A DNA stretch of 64,000 nucleotides from Octopus vulgaris. Taxonomy: Eukaryota. Below the pieces are notes generated by a model. The model saw only the letters and a program-made list of their open reading frames with translations, ran no database searches and was not told the DNA's origin. Every line of letters starts with the position of its first letter. Within the stretch, counting starts at the first letter, position 1. A program made the translations under genes and the position numbers. The stretch is from contig OX597830.1 in the NCBI GenBank assembly GCA_951406725.2, forward strand, positions 13,578,001 through 13,642,000, in the 5' to 3' direction. This document shows positions 14,825 through 29,894 of the stretch, piece after piece.

Positions 14825-17800
14825 CTATACACGTGTATGTATGTATATATGCATAGGCATACATGCAGAGTCTATTATGAATTGTCTGTGTGAAGCACGC
14901 ATCGCTTTTCTCATTTGCATACACGGATATGCCTTCGTATCAAACTCCTTTCAGTCACTGATCATTAATTTTCATTATAGTAAATCACAAAATAATAAGA
15001 AAAATATTCGTAACCGTCGATTCTAAAGAGATCAGTCAACACGGTGCATGAATGTGCGTGTTTATTAGAATATTGATTAATAGAAGCATTAATCTACGTA
15101 ACCGCGTACACACACAATACACACAGTACATACATGCATATATACATACATACATACATACATAATACATACATACATATGTGTATGTGTCTGTATGCAT
15201 TGCATGTCTATAAATAATACTATGGATGTATATCTATTAATATATACATATGCATATATACATATATCTAATTCGAATATTAAGAAATATTTGACACAAC
15301 GGGCTCTGTTCAAGCAATAATTCATAAACGTGTGATAAATACTGTTTATTTCCAACGAACACGTACCTCTTACTCTGTTTTTACTGTTTGTTGAAAAGCA
15401 ATAAGTATGATTTTGAATGAAAGCGATGCTATCCAGTCTCGGTTTTCTCTCCTGCTGCCAAACAGCTCAGTGATGTTTATAATTCCAGTGGCATGTTTCC
15501 ACGCAGCTTCGCTTCTAAATTTACATAAACACAAACATCGTACTTTATAATGTGAAAAAGAAGGTTTAATAATCTTATTCTTAAAGAGGTTTATGAACCA
15601 ACACAATAATATAAAGTTCTAAAAAGACACAATAATTGATCAACAAACAACACGGATATAATACAAATAGTGTTTTGCCAAGTTGAATCTGAGAGGGTTA
15701 CATCTAATTTGTTGAATTTAAGCTTCAGTTTTCTCCCTCTCGTATTTTTGTATGCATATTTATCGAATAAGATACTCCCTGCTATGGCAGCCCTTTTAAT
15801 ATAGGAAAATCTATTTCTGGTTGTATAATTATGGTATATTCTCATTTTATGGCTGAGAGAAAATAACCCAGTAGAGCGCTTTGCTGTGCACCAAGCGGAG
15901 CAGGTACAGTTTCACATGTGCATTACAGTGAACCGGAAAAACATGTTTCAACTGAGATTATGGAAGCAATTAGCTGATAAATATTCCCTCCAGGGGTGTT
16001 TAATATCTATTCGTATTCAGCTTTACTGCATTTCCTCTGCTTCTCTGCATACGGATCTTTCTTGGTCTTCACTAGTTGGTTTTAATAACCAGTTTCACTC
16101 TAATCCATGTCCTCCTTATTTTTGTTCAGCTGATTTTATTAGAGTTATCTCCCTTTCTTGCTATTTTCTAAACTTCCATTGAGAAATGAGTTATTTATCA
16201 AGCAATTATTTGAATATCTTGATGTCCTCAACTCATTATATTACATACGTGAGAATTTGCCGTGTTTTATCCCAGTTTCTTTGGTATAACTTTTAGTCAT
16301 CCATCGAAAGACATTAACGGTGGTAAGTTACTGACGCCTTACTAGCATCTGATGCCATTAGTCAATTGTACTGGTACATAAAATTAATCTTCTGTGACTA
16401 AATACGTTTGAACACAGGCGCATTTGTATGGACACCCTTTTATATGGTTGGATAAAAAAATGTGGTTTTTTTTCCATTGGGAAGAAAGACCTTATCTTTT
16501 AAAGAAAAGAAACGGTTATTTTACATCCTTCTCGCTTTCAAAAATACAAATGACTTAATACATAAATGCTTAGTGTCACCCTCTCTCTCAATAAAAGAAA
16601 AAAAGACAGCTATGAAATTATCTAATGCGAAGAATTTATTCGTTGTGTGTAGAATGAAAAGTAAAGTCAATACCTTAATTGGTTTGTCGGCGATAAATCA
16701 CTTTATCATGAGGTTTTCCACGATGAGGTTTCCAGAGGTAGGACTGACATCCCCATTCAGACACTCGTTTTTGGATTACTCTTAGCTAACCAACTTCTCT
16801 TCTAGTAGAATGTCAGATATTCCTACAAGACACTCTTCCATATTAGACATATATCTTCCTAGTTAGCGATACAGCAATTGAGCATCGACTGTAAATATGG
16901 TGTGACATTTAACCTACAAATAAAAAAAAATTACATCATAAGATTAAAAGAATATCATAGACTTGTTCTAAAGCGTTTGCTCAGTTTAATAATTCACATT
17001 TATTCAATTGATGAAATCACGGTGTCAAATCTTCGTTAATACTACATGGAATATAGAGTAACAAGTCTAATGAAGAATGGTTACACAAACTAAGGAAATA
17101 TGAATGACGGTAAGTAAAATGAACTCGGGTATCTTATCCAAGTTTACTTTATCCTACTGTGCTGGATAAACAGTATATACCAGTCTATATCATACAGAGT
17201 GTCATTATATAATTAAATACTTAGTATTTAAACATTCACCTAATCTGCTGAATTAAAAAGGGAGGTAGAACATCTGGATGGCTGAACTAAGGATATCTGG
17301 ATAGTTGCAGATGCGTAATGTTATAACAAGATTTCTGTATTAATCTTGTATTTAGTAATCCTAATATAACTGATACCTAATAAACGTCCAAATGTGTGAG
17401 AAGAGATGTGAGGCGATCAGGAGTTTTTTTCTCTCATATTCAGACATGAAACTAGTTTGGTAAATATATACACCTACGCTACGTCATCGATAAAATTATC
17501 ACATATAGTTATAAAACCAAACTGTTTTGGAACTAAGAATACTTATTTCTAAACTAGGAAGAAATAGCAATTTTAACCACTTGGCCTACTGACTCATTAT
17601 TTGTAGGGTTATTCGTATAGTCTTGGTTTAGAAATAAAGGTTATTAGAATCTAGTTCATTACTATGTATTCACCCAAGAACAAGACAGCTGATAACAATT
17701 GGAGAACAAGGTGATTAAAATGAAATTTATATTTGAATGGCAATATTACAAATCACACATTTTTGAAGGTGTAGAATCGATTGGTTAGTTAGTTATTTAG

Positions 17801-17926
17801 TATTTTATATCATCGATTCCTTAGAACGAAACATACTTAACTTTGGCGGGATTTAAACTCAGAATCTGAACGGTTGTAATTTAATATTGCAATACATATT
17901 ATCCACTTCACCACATCTTTTAGATG

Positions 17927-18933
17927 TACGAAGGTGGGCTGAAAAGTCCATAGACTGACCATGAATGACGGTGATGCTACAGCTATGAAATCTCGCATGT
18001 AGAAATTTCAACTCTACTAGTAGCTTTTGAAGAAGGCTTCAAAAGTAACCAGGTGTGACTTCTCTTGCGAATAGACAAAACTTCGCAGCGCGCTGTTATC
18101 AAGTACCTGCAGGAAAGGGTTTAGCCCCCAACGACATTCATGCCGACATGGTAGTTACATTAGGGGATGATTCGCCAGCTTTATCAACAGTGCAAAAGTG
18201 GTCAGTTGAATCCAGGAGGGGAAGGAAGAGTCTCGAAGATGACCTAAGGTTTGGAGGTCCTGCAACTGCCACCACTGAGGAAAACATTGATCGTGTTCAC
18301 CACATAATGGTAGACGATGGGCGATTGAGTATGAATCAAATAGCCAATGCTATAAGCATATCAGGTAAGAAAGTTGAAAATATTGTGCACAAGGAACTTG
18401 GGATAATTTAGGTTTCTGCTCAGTGTGTGCCACGTATTTTGACATCTGGCAGATGACGGGAAAATGTGACATTGTTTGAGGTAGATCCAGCGGATTTTCA
18501 TGAATGTTTCCTAATCCAGGATGAGTGTCGACCTCATTATTTTGAGTCAGAGACAAAGTGTCAGTCCATGCAGTGGACACGTCCTTCCTCACCTGTTCCA
18601 AAGAAAGCCGAGGTTGCTTCATCTGCAGTTATTGGGATGCAAAAGGCATTGTGTTAGTTGACTATTTTCAAAAGGACCCCATCATCAATGGAGAGCACTA
18701 TGCCAACCTTCTGAGGCAGTTACGAAAGGCTATCAAAACCAAACGTTCAGGAAAACTGACGAAAGTGGTTCTATTTCATCAGAACAATGCTCCAGCACAC
18801 AAACCTTTTGTTTCAATAGCTGCAGTGCATGACTGTGGCTTTGAACTAACTAATAAGCCTCCATATTCTCCTGATTTGGCCCCATCAGACTGTAGTCTGT
18901 TTCCTAAAAGGAAAAAAATACTTCGCTGGAAAA
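17927..18933 (+). mobile_element. Mariner transposase pseudogene (D,D34D), interrupted at its 3' end by a SINE
   Basis: HTH region (IHADMVVTLGDDSPALSTVQKW..RRGRKSLEDD), CVPRIL, QDE, FHQNNAPAH, PPYSPDLAPSD. Starts TA-cgaaggtgggctgaaaagt (TIR-like). Confidence 0.92.
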
Positions 18934-19208
18934 GAGTATCTATCGGTCTCTTTTGCCGAACTGCTAGTTTACGGGGGACATAAACACACCAGCATCGGTT
19001 ATCAAGCGATTTTTGGGGACAAACAAAGACACACAAACATATACACACACATACATATATATATATATATTTACATATATACGACGGGCTTATTTCAGTT
19101 TCCGTCTACCAAATGCACTCACAAGGCTTTGGTCGGCCCGAGGCTATAGTAGAAGACATTTGCCCAAGATGCCACCATGTGGTTGGTAAGCAAGCTACTT
19201 ACCACACA
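18934..19208 (-). mobile_element. SINE family A inserted in the mariner
   Basis: Reverse-complement homology to family A. Confidence 0.85.
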
Positions 19209-19564
19209 TATCTGCTATAGATGACGTTTTGACGATCCTCGTAAATATCAAAACGTGTTATCTCTATGAATTAGATAAATAATCAAAATATTTATAATTA
19301 TATTTCTTTTATTAGCCATCGTTCACAAGGTTTTCATATTTTTTCATAGCAATGCCAACTGTTTAGGAAGCAGAAGGCATTCAGTTTAGAACTTTTGAGA
19401 ATAAATTACATAATTTTGGTAAATATCTTTTTAAATATTAGTGTATACTCAAACACGTAAAGTATGATTTAACCAGCAGTGATAAACTCTAAGACCAAAT
19501 GAAGACGACGGAGCACCTCTTGTATATAAACCATAAATACTCTTCATATTATGCAAAGCAATTT

Positions 19565-20225
19565 AAGGTGGCGAGCTGGCAGAAACGTTAACACGCCGGG
19601 AAAACTGCTTAGCGGTATTTCGTCCGACATTCCGTTCTGAATTTAAATTCTATCGAGGTCTATTTTGCCTTTCATCATTTTGAGGTCGATAAAATAAGTA
19701 CCAGTTAGGCTCTGGGGCTGATGTAATCGACTTATCCTCTCCCCCGAAATTGCCGGCCTTGTGCCAAAATTCGAAACCAATATTAAAACGTTTATTAAGG
19801 TGTCGAGCTGGTAGAACCATTATCGCGCAGGGAAAAAATGCATAGCGACATTTCATCCGTCTTTAGGTTCTGAGTACAAATTCTACCGAGGTCTACTTTG
19901 CCTTTCATCCTCTCAGGGTGGATAAAACAAGTACTGGTTGAGCACGAGGTCGATGTGATCGACTAACACTCGCCCTTGAACTTACTGGCCTTGTGCCAAA
20001 ATTTGAAACCAGTATTAAAGCGTTTATTAGGGGAGTAAATTGGCAGCAGAATTTAGAATAGCAGTCAAAATGACTGACAGCATTAACAAGTTTAACACTC
20101 TTTACTTTTTAACATTAAATACAGGGCTCAGTTTCGCTACTTATATTCCCGGTGTCCAGTAAAACAAATACCGGTCAAGTATTGCAGGGGATTTGATCGA
20201 CTAAATCCTCACCTGTTGCAGAAGG
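19565..20225 (+). mobile_element. SINE family C: two clear copies (19565-19780, 19797-20013) plus a decayed third, in tandem
   Basis: ggcgagctggcagaa...ccgaggtcgactttgcctttcatcc core. tattaaa.cgtttatta is duplicated around the second copy. Confidence 0.85.
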
Positions 20226-20620
20226 TATTTATCTTTTATCTTTTACTTGTTTCAGTCATTAGACTGCGGCCATCCTGGAGCACTGTCTTGAAGAATTCTT
20301 TGACAGCGGCCATGCTGGAACACCGCCTTTGGTCGAGCAAATCGACCCCAGGACTTATTCTTTGGAAGCCTAGTACTTATTCTATCGGTCTCTTTTGCCG
20401 AACTGCTAGGTTACGGGGGACGTAAACACACCAGCATCGGTTGTCAATCCCAGTAATTACATTTTTAAAGTGGTACTTATTCTATCAGTTAGTTTTGCCG
20501 AGCCATTAGGGTACAGGAACGTAAATACACCCACACCGGTTATCAAGCGATGGTAGGAGAAAAACATAGACACAAAGGTACACACACACACACACACACA
20601 TACAACATATATATATATAT

Positions 20621-21036
20621 AGGCGCAGGAGTGGCTGTGTGTTAAGTAGCTTGCTTACCAACCACATGATTCCAGGTTCATTCCCACTGCGTGGCACCTT
20701 GGGCTAGTGTCTTCTACTATAACCCCGGGCCGACCAAAGCCTTGTGAGTGCATTTGGTAGACGGAAACTGAAAGAAGCCCGTCGTATATATGTAAATATA
20801 TATATGTATGTGTGTGTATATGTTTGTGCGTCTTTGCTTGTCCCCCCAAATCGCTTGATAACCGATGCTGGTGTATTTACATACCCCGTAACCTAGCACT
20901 TCGGCAAAAGAGACCGATAGTATAAGTACTAGTACTAGGCTTCCAAAGAATTAGTCCTGGGGCCGATTTGCTCGACCAAAGGCGGTGCTCAAGCATGGCC
21001 GCTGTCAAATTACTGAAACAAGTAAGAGTAAAAGAG
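20621..21036 (+). mobile_element. SINE family A
   Basis: Homology to 59000-59452. Partial minus-strand copies lie immediately upstream (20230-20450, 20470-20580). Confidence 0.9.
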
Positions 21037-21058
21037 CAAAATAGAATATCTATATCTA

Positions 21059-21169
<111 letters not shown>

Positions 21170-21194
21170 TTACTTATCTATCTATCTATATATT

Positions 21195-21750
21195 TATTTA
21201 AAATTAAGGATAAAATCTTTATGAGAAATTATCAGTAGTTAGCGTGAAAAACCTCGTACGAGAAAAAACCTGTAAATTTTTCCACTTTGAAAATATTTAT
21301 TTATATTATATAGAGGGTACTATTATTCATAGGTAAAATTTATCCTTAATTTTAAATTTATATTTTTCACCGGAATAGTTCAATACTGAATTTTTGTTCC
21401 GTGTAGGCAAGTTGGTACCGAAATGCATTGCGAATAAGCCCGCCATTTTCATAGATATGTAAAGATAAACATTCGTACATGCTGCGGCGAATTCTACGGT
21501 TGGCTGTCGGGTTTGTAATGTTGTGTTTTTTCTTATATGTCTTGAGTTCGTTGCACTGAAGAGCATAGAATGCATATTCTGCATTGATTGCGAAATCACA
21601 GGTGATATGTAACTAAATTCTGTTTCTAAATGACTTGCTTTGAAGTTTTGCATTCGGTACAATTTGTTTATTTTAGTAGTTTTGACTGCAAAAGTCCCTC
21701 CTAGCGTGCGGTACCTATGAATAATAGTACCCTCTATATAATATAAATAT
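21195..21750 (+). mobile_element. Short hammerhead-bearing element with nested inverted repeats
   Basis: ~21298-21335 is inverted at ~21712-21748 and ~21199-21214 is inverted at ~21339-21355. Hammerhead inside. Flanked by (TATC)n/(TA)n. Confidence 0.8.
21550..21613 (+). ncRNA. Type I hammerhead ribozyme, canonical core
   Basis: gttgca CTGAAGA gca...tgc GAAA tca cagg tga TA tgtaac. All three stems pair. Confidence 0.85.
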
Positions 21751-21769
21751 CTATCTATCTATCTATCTA

Positions 21770-21811
<42 letters not shown>

Positions 21812-21815
<4 letters not shown>

Positions 21816-21957
21816 CGATAGGTATTTGTCAGTTTCCGTCTACCAAGTCCACTCACAAGAATTTGGTCGGCCGGAGGCTGCAGTAAAAGATATTTTCCCA
21901 TGGTGTCACGTATTGGGACTGAACTCAGAAGCACATGATTGGAAAGCAAACACACCA
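21812..21957 (-). mobile_element. SINE family A, 5' half, diverged
   Basis: cagtttccgtctaccaagtccactcacaag...gggactgaac. Confidence 0.75.
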
Positions 21958-22304
21958 CCGCTGCAGGACCATTCTTGTCTGCTACTTTCTGTGTATTTTA
22001 ACACTACATCTATGATATATTATTACAGGAGGAATACCACAGATAATTTGGATCTCTATAATTAATCGTTCTCTGATGCATAGATTGTAAAATATTAATC
22101 AATTTTTCAAGGTACATCTTTAATTACCTTTAATATATTCGTGTATTTTCTTTTTATCTAATGGTTAGCACTTACCTTATTTTTACTTATTTCTTAGTAA
22201 AATCTAACATAGTGTAAGTGTATTTGTTACACAGACTCATATACGAATAACCCTACAAATGCCCCATACGAGTATCTTTGTATCTGTATATATATATATA
22301 TATA

Positions 22305-22361
<57 letters not shown>

Positions 22362-22435
22362 ATGTATCTATCTACCTATCTATCTATCTATATGCATATA
22401 ATCATTTTCCTTAAGTCTTTGGACTGCAGCCATGC

Positions 22436-22476
<41 letters not shown>

Positions 22477-22537
22477 ACGCACGCACACACATACACACAC
22501 GCACGCACACACACACACTCACACACACATTATGATA

Positions 22538-23840
22538 TACAAGGTATTCTGGTTAAATTTGACGATAGTTATGTCTCTTTTTCAGGTGCAGCTTGACGTA
22601 TTGGTGAACCGTCAATGGCCCTGGGGGAGCATAAAGATTAATGTTTAGTTAATAACAAGTTGGCTGACATGAAGGATTGGAAGCCATCTGAAAACTGAAT
22701 ATTAAAAAGGAGTTACATTGTCATGATTTGTGCTGAGTAACTGAATGTCGATATAGTATAGGAGCACTCCGTCGGTTACGACGATGAGGGTCCCAGCTGA
22801 TACGATCAACGGAACAGCTTGCTCGTGGAATTAACGTGCAAGTGGCTGAGCATTCCACAGACACGTGTACCCTTAACGTAGTTCTCGAGGAGATTCAGCG
22901 TGACACAGAGTGTGACAAGGCTGGCCCTTTGAAATACAGGTACAACAGAAACAGGAAGAAAGAGTGAGAGAAAGTTGTGGTGAAAGAGTACAGCAGAGTT
23001 CACCTCCACCCCCTGCAGGAGCCTTGTGAAGCTTTAGGTGTTTTCGCTCAATAAACACTCACAATGCCCGGTCTGGGAATCGAAACCGCGATCCTACGAC
23101 CGCGAGTCTGCTGCCCTAACCACTGGGCCATTGCGCCTCCACTGAATGTCGATATCATAACTGTAGCTCAATGCTATGTGAACACTGTAAAGATTGTAAA
23201 ACATGACATGGACAGCTGTAAGAGAGACCAGGAAACTGTGCCCAGCAGGAAGGGACACAGCAGGCGCTCTGACTGCGTCCCCACTCCAGGTTTCTACCGG
23301 CAAATTCGATCAGGAATGTAGGCTCAATTCAGACGGCTATGTGAAACTGTTGGAGACTGGTCAAAACCTAGCTGGAAAAAATTTGATGCCAGAAGGCCAA
23401 GTGGCAGCAGGATTCGATTCCTTGTCATACCTCCATAAAGAGTCAAATGTGGTTGTCGGAGAATTTCTACGACTTCGCCAGCCCCAATTTCTAGCACCTT
23501 AATCACCCTCGATTGTAATCTCATGGATCACTATGTATGGGGCGCGGCTGTGAAAGACATTAACTGCTCAGTCTGCAACATCGAGGCCGAGCTTCTGGCT
23601 AAGATCAATGAAGTGTTCGATGATCTTCCTAGGGACAGCGATAAACGCATGCGCCGTGTTCCGGAGTGGTTTTGAGGCCGTAGACAGAAGATGAGTATGG
23701 CTACTTGGATTAAACTGCGATTTCCCACCCATAATTTAGTTGAGGTTTGATTTTTTAAAATACATTTATTTTTGAAAAGGATATTGTGTTTCGCATATTG
23801 TCAAATTTTTTGCATAAACTGTCAAATTTAGCCTGAACAA
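22538..23840 (+). mobile_element. Tc1/mariner-superfamily (maT/DD37D-like) remnant with a nested SINE
   Basis: QQDS.PCHTS..SQ.WLSENF and a decayed WPPNSPDCNPMDYYVWG. TIR-like ends ggttaaatttgac / gtcaaatttagcc. Confidence 0.75.
22755..23140 (-). mobile_element. SINE family B (tRNA head), full length, 15-bp TSD
   Basis: Minus-strand head ggaggcgcaatggcccagtggttagg...ggtttcgattccc. TSD actgaatgtcgatat at 22740-22754 and 23141-23155. Confidence 0.92.
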
Positions 23841-23964
23841 TTTAAAAATTTTAATATATTAAAATTTAAAGTTATGTATATATATAAATATATGTATATG
23901 TATATATTATGTGTGTGCGGGCATGTGTGTATAAATATATATATGTGCACACATAGACACATAT

Positions 23965-24323
23965 CTTTTTACTTTACTCTTTCACTTTTTCACACAGTCA
24001 TTTGACTGTGGCCATGCTGGAGCACCGCCTTTAATCGAGCAAATCGATCCCAGTAAATTCTTTGTAAGCCTAGTACTTATTCTATTGGTCTCTTTTGCCG
24101 AACTACTAAGTTAAGTGGACGTTGGGAGGGAGGACCAAAATATGCGCACATATATACATACATACATACATACATACATAGGACGGGCGTCTTTCAGTTT
24201 CTATCTACCAAGTCCGCTCAGAAGGCTTTGGTCACCCCGAGGTTAAAGTAGGTGCCACGCAGTGGGACTGAACCCGGAACCACTTGGTTTGTAAGCAAGC
24301 TACTTACCACTCAGTCACACCTA
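23965..24323 (-). mobile_element. SINE family A
   Basis: Reverse-complement homology to family A. Confidence 0.85.
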
Positions 24324-24641
24324 CTTCTTTATACATATATATGAAACGTATGATATATAATACAATATAATGTATATGATTTAAATAATGTAATATATAA
24401 TATATTATTATATATTATATATATAACATATACAATATATGATATAATATATATAATATATTACAATATATATAATATAATATAATGTATATATAATACA
24501 AATGTGCACACACACATTTACATATATATATACATTTATATTGATTAACACATGCACACATATATAGGCACAAACCTACAAAAACTCATATGTATGTACA
24601 CACACACATAATTATATTACACCTATATCTGTCTGTCTGTG

Positions 24642-24699
<58 letters not shown>

Positions 24700-24723
24700 C
24701 CTATCTATCTATCTATCTATCTA

Positions 24724-24862
<139 letters not shown>

Positions 24863-24897
24863 CTATCTATCCATCTATAATAATAATGATGATGATG

Positions 24898-24940
<43 letters not shown>

Positions 24941-25432
24941 TAATAATAATATTAATAATCATAATAATAATAATTATTATTATATATATACATACATACA
25001 TATATGAATAATCCCATATATATAACATATTTTGTATGCACACGCAATCACATATATATATATATATAATAAAAAAGGAATTTAATAAATTGAGTTATAT
25101 TTATTCAGTGAAGAAGCAAAGGGAAAATACTTACATGTGTGTGTGCGCTCATGTTCATATGTGTGTGAGTTGGTGTGTGCAGGTATACGTGTGTGTGTGC
25201 CCTCAAGTGCATGTATGTGTATGTCTATATACGTCTGTGTGCGACAGCGCTTAGAGAAGAGGGGCGGGGAGGAGACACTGTTAAGTTAGAAGTTCAATGT
25301 TTTACATCAGACTTCTCTATTTTGTTGCAATAATGTAGATTAAGTAATAATGCTTTCTGACATAGGAGAGGTTATAGTCGTTTAAGTCTACCGTAGTATT
25401 AGGCTGGTATTCGTTGTTGATGTTGTTGTTGT

Positions 25433-25469
<37 letters not shown>

Positions 25470-25645
25470 TTGTTTAAGAAAAATGTCCATTTCCTTGGTT
25501 TTGTGTTTATGTTTTCGTTTCTCATTGTGTTCGACGTTTTTTTTTTTGGTGTCCTGTACCCATATATGCATGTATATATATACATGTAGATGTAGGTACG
25601 TACATATATGTATGTATATATGCATATGTTTTATTTATTAATTTG

Positions 25646-25680
<35 letters not shown>

Positions 25681-25994
25681 ACGACAACAACAACAACAAA
25701 TATCAGCCTAATACTGAGGTGTATATATATATATATATATAAGCTAACCTATATACAGGCAATCCCCCACACATATACATAGCTATATATATATATGTAT
25801 GTATATATTCATACACACACCATCAACTGTAAAACGTTATTTAGTTCCAGAGACATATTTCTCTCGCCAGCGAAAGTTGGGCTCGAATTAAAATTGTACC
25901 GAAGAAGAAAGAATACTCAAAGATAAGATTTCCATCACATGTCCTCACACATACATACACAAACACACATAATTATACGCACACCGGCACTATA

Positions 25995-26028
<34 letters not shown>

Positions 26029-28483
26029 CTGTCTTTCTCACACATGCACAAAGAAACATATACATCCGTATATATACACATTGTTACACTACACACGCAA
26101 AAATTACAAACATATACAAGAATTCACGCATATTAAATTTTGTACACACACACACACAGACACACACACACACACACATGTTCTGGAATATATAATTATA
26201 CATCTAATAAACTGCATTCGTTACACGGCAGTATCATTAGACGTATTTACATTGTGAATTATGAATGTATAATTATACATACAGCATAAGCATTGGCAAA
26301 AACCAATTCTGAGCGCACGCATGCACATTCCAGTGTATAGAAAATAATTTTAATTGATATCTGCAGTTACATAACATTATGGAAATTTCACTTAAAGGGA
26401 ACTTGAACAATATTATAAAAATACGCCGACATTGTGTAGCTGTATTGTAACAATATGTCAGCACGAGTAAAACTGAAATCTGTTAACGCTAATAAACATA
26501 TTTAATTAGATTCCATCTACTCTGGAATTATAACACGCGAAAATGATAAGAAAGTCAAGCAGTTCTTTCAAAACAATATCAATCTAAATATGCATTATTA
26601 AAATGGCTCTGAAGAGAAAATCTAAAGGGGATTTTTAAAAAATTTATCTTATTTTATTTAACTAAATAAAATAAATTCTGATGTGTAAAAAAAGCTCTTG
26701 TATACGAAACTGCTTGTACAGATGCTACGATAGGGGAAGGCGTAAAGGAAATTCAGTGTATCAGCGAATAAGTCTTCTCCCCATTATGCTCTCCAACCCT
26801 TCCTTGATAAAAGCAACGGAATTTATTCAATGGAAAGAAAGGCACTAAGAATAGGAAGGATATAAAATGAAATTGTACAAGAGGAAAAAAATTTAAATCA
26901 AAATAAACAAGAATCACATCATAAAGGAAAAGAGAAAAGCACTAGTATGTAACATAAATAAAACAAAAGAAAATTACAATGAAATATGCCCGAAAAACAA
27001 AAGCAATAGAGCCAAGTTTTAAAAGGTAAGACCGACTCGTATTAAAACCTACTAATGGATTCGTTGAAAATGAGGAACTTTATTCATTAAATTTTAAACT
27101 TCAAACAAAATATTGAAAATAATTGAAGAATCTAGTCTTCTCAAATATGTATTCATACAGGCTGTTGTTATTTGTGTTTCTTTGTCCTTAATGGTTTCAG
27201 AGGAGGAAAAATAAACAAACAAATGGATGATGAAATGAATAAATTCAAAATAGACGAGAAAAGCTAAAGAAAGCAAAAAAAAGATAGATATACGTGGAAA
27301 GGTTGATAAATTAAGCCAATCGATTTGAAAACATGCATCGCATTACCCACATAATGTAGAACTGGAATAATTCTGTGGCAAAATTTGGAAGTCTAATTGC
27401 CTATTACTTTCTCCGTTTCTTATTCGCTTCTCTTTGGTGTTTGTATGTTGTTGTTATCGTTGTTGTTCTGAGTTTATGCATTCAATATTTCAATTTAATA
27501 TTTGAACATTAACGTAAGAAGAAGCAAAATTCACTTGAAAGAGAAATAAAAATATCTCCAGTGATTTTTATAGTGTGAGATTTACAACGACCAATGGACA
27601 CAAATAGTTTTACTTTCAACATTTTCTTCTCATATTAAAAAAGAATCAAACAAAATCTCCCTTATTTATAATCAATGCTTTATTTACTTTTCTTCTCTTA
27701 TCTGTATATCTAAAATTTCAAATACCTGGATAGCATCGAACACATCCTTAAAATATGTAGATATTCTGACACTTAATAAGCCATATTGATATGTAGATAC
27801 ACTACCATTCAAAAGTGATATATCTATCTTAAAAATAGCAGTCAAATGCTGAGACGTTCAAACGAAACAAAAACATTCTTGAAATGAAATATGGAATCAA
27901 ATCTAGATGATTATATAACATTATATTCGTTTTATTATTTAACGTATTGGCTGAAGCAAATGTTAATGTTTTCTAACCTAGAAATATTCAACCTAATTCT
28001 ACCTAGTACACTATCAATACTCCTCATTTAACAATTATGGTCACAAATTTGTAAGGGTGAGGAGTTGTGTTGGATTGACTACATTATGTAGAATATGAAC
28101 TTGAGACGTAAAGGGTTGATGCAAAGCATGTTATCTAATACTGTTCACTGGTATTGAACATCTGCTTATCTTTAGATGGAATGACGAAATATTTCTCAAG
28201 AAAGTCGCGTTTTTATACACCCAATAATATTTCAAACATATACCGACCATACTCGCCTCTACAATGATTTTAATATCAATGCCATCACCCCACCACACAC
28301 AGAGTAGAGCACACGCAAACGCACTTACACAGCACACGTACACATATAGTTTCATGTGTACGTGTTTGTACTTACGTATGCTCATATATATTGATATGTG
28401 TACATGTATATATATTTATACTGATATATACTGATATATATGCGTATACAAATGCATAAATACACATATACATGGATGACTCC

Positions 28484-28542
<59 letters not shown>

Positions 28543-28720
28543 ATACTAAAGTAATATATATATATATAAAGGTTACATATAACGCTTATCTACCCTCTAA
28601 CCAGCTGTCTCAAAGAAACTTACGACTTGTATTAAATTCGAATTTGCTATTTGATTCATTTATGAATATTAGTCTTGTATTCCTTTGTTCCTTGCATTAC
28701 ATCTATGCAGAGAACGTGTA

Positions 28721-28768
<48 letters not shown>

Positions 28769-29158
28769 ATATATAAACACACACTCACACATGCGCACAC
28801 ATATATCTATATACATAAAGAGAGACAGTCGTATGTTCTACAATCAGTAACTGCAGTATTTGCGAAATTTGGTAATTTCTAAAGACAAGCGTTGATCATT
28901 TCTTTCATTTTTGTTGTTGCTATGAATCTGGCACAACTCGAATCGGTGGGAATCCGGAGAAATTTAAAGTGACTCTGAAGAAATGAAGCACTTCGGCTAG
29001 CCAGTCTATTGTGGACATAAATTCTTCTTTGGGAGTAATCCCTGGTGCATTTGTATCTCCTGAATTTTTACAGCGGTTGTGTGTTATATTACTACAAGTT
29101 TTTCTTAAGTTATAGAAACCAGTGACAAAACAATTGGTAAAATTCAAGCTTTATATAA

Positions 29159-29380
29159 GTGGAGGCGCATGGCTTAGTGGTGTGGGCTGTTTGACTCATG
29201 CTCATTAGATTGTGGTTTCGATTCCTCGACCGGGTGATGCGTTGTGCGCTTGAGAAAAACACTTCATTTCACGTTGCTTCAGTTCACTCAGCTATTGAAA
29301 AGGAGTTACCCTGTGACTGACCGACGTCCCGTCCAGTGTTGAATATAGGGGCCAGAAAACCAGGAAACCGGCCATATGCT
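29159..29380 (+). mobile_element. SINE family D (tRNA head; ctgcgatggactggcgtccc-type core)
   Basis: A/B boxes tggcttagtgg and ggtttcgattcc. Homologous to the minus-strand copy at 48197-48432. Confidence 0.8.
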
Positions 29381-29639
29381 CCTTACAGAGCAAATTTGTA
29401 TATAAGGACTATATAGAGCTCGAGTTATACAATTTTTGTTTTGTCCTCAGTAGCATGCATATTATCAAGTTATAGCAATTTACTTCATTCTTCATTGATC
29501 AATAATAGCATTTTAGCTGTACATGTTTTTCTGTTGTAAAAACGTTTTTAAAAGACGAAGGCTGCTCTATAACCTCCAGTACTCTTTTTGAGTTTTATAT
29601 TCATAATGTTATGCACAGTCGCACGTACTTTCTGTCGCT

Positions 29640-29729
<90 letters not shown>

Positions 29730-29894
29730 GTTTGTCTAAGTGTTTGTCTGTCAGTGCAAAAGTATGTATACAGTTGCTTAAAATGACTGGAGTGTTCTTT
29801 TCGTTTCTTTATTTCTTTTTTAGGATAAGAATTCTATGAATCTATGATTCTTTCTCTAATACAATAATTATTACTAATTACAGATATTTATTAC

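Noticed and set aside
22990-23140. tRNA-like sequences (also 2740-2817, 29159-29235, 49255-49329)
   Set aside because: These are SINE heads followed by SINE bodies and TSDs, not tRNA genes.
28920-29147. Possible LINE RT N-terminal relic (APGITPKE..)
   Set aside because: Similarity is too weak to call without an HMM search.
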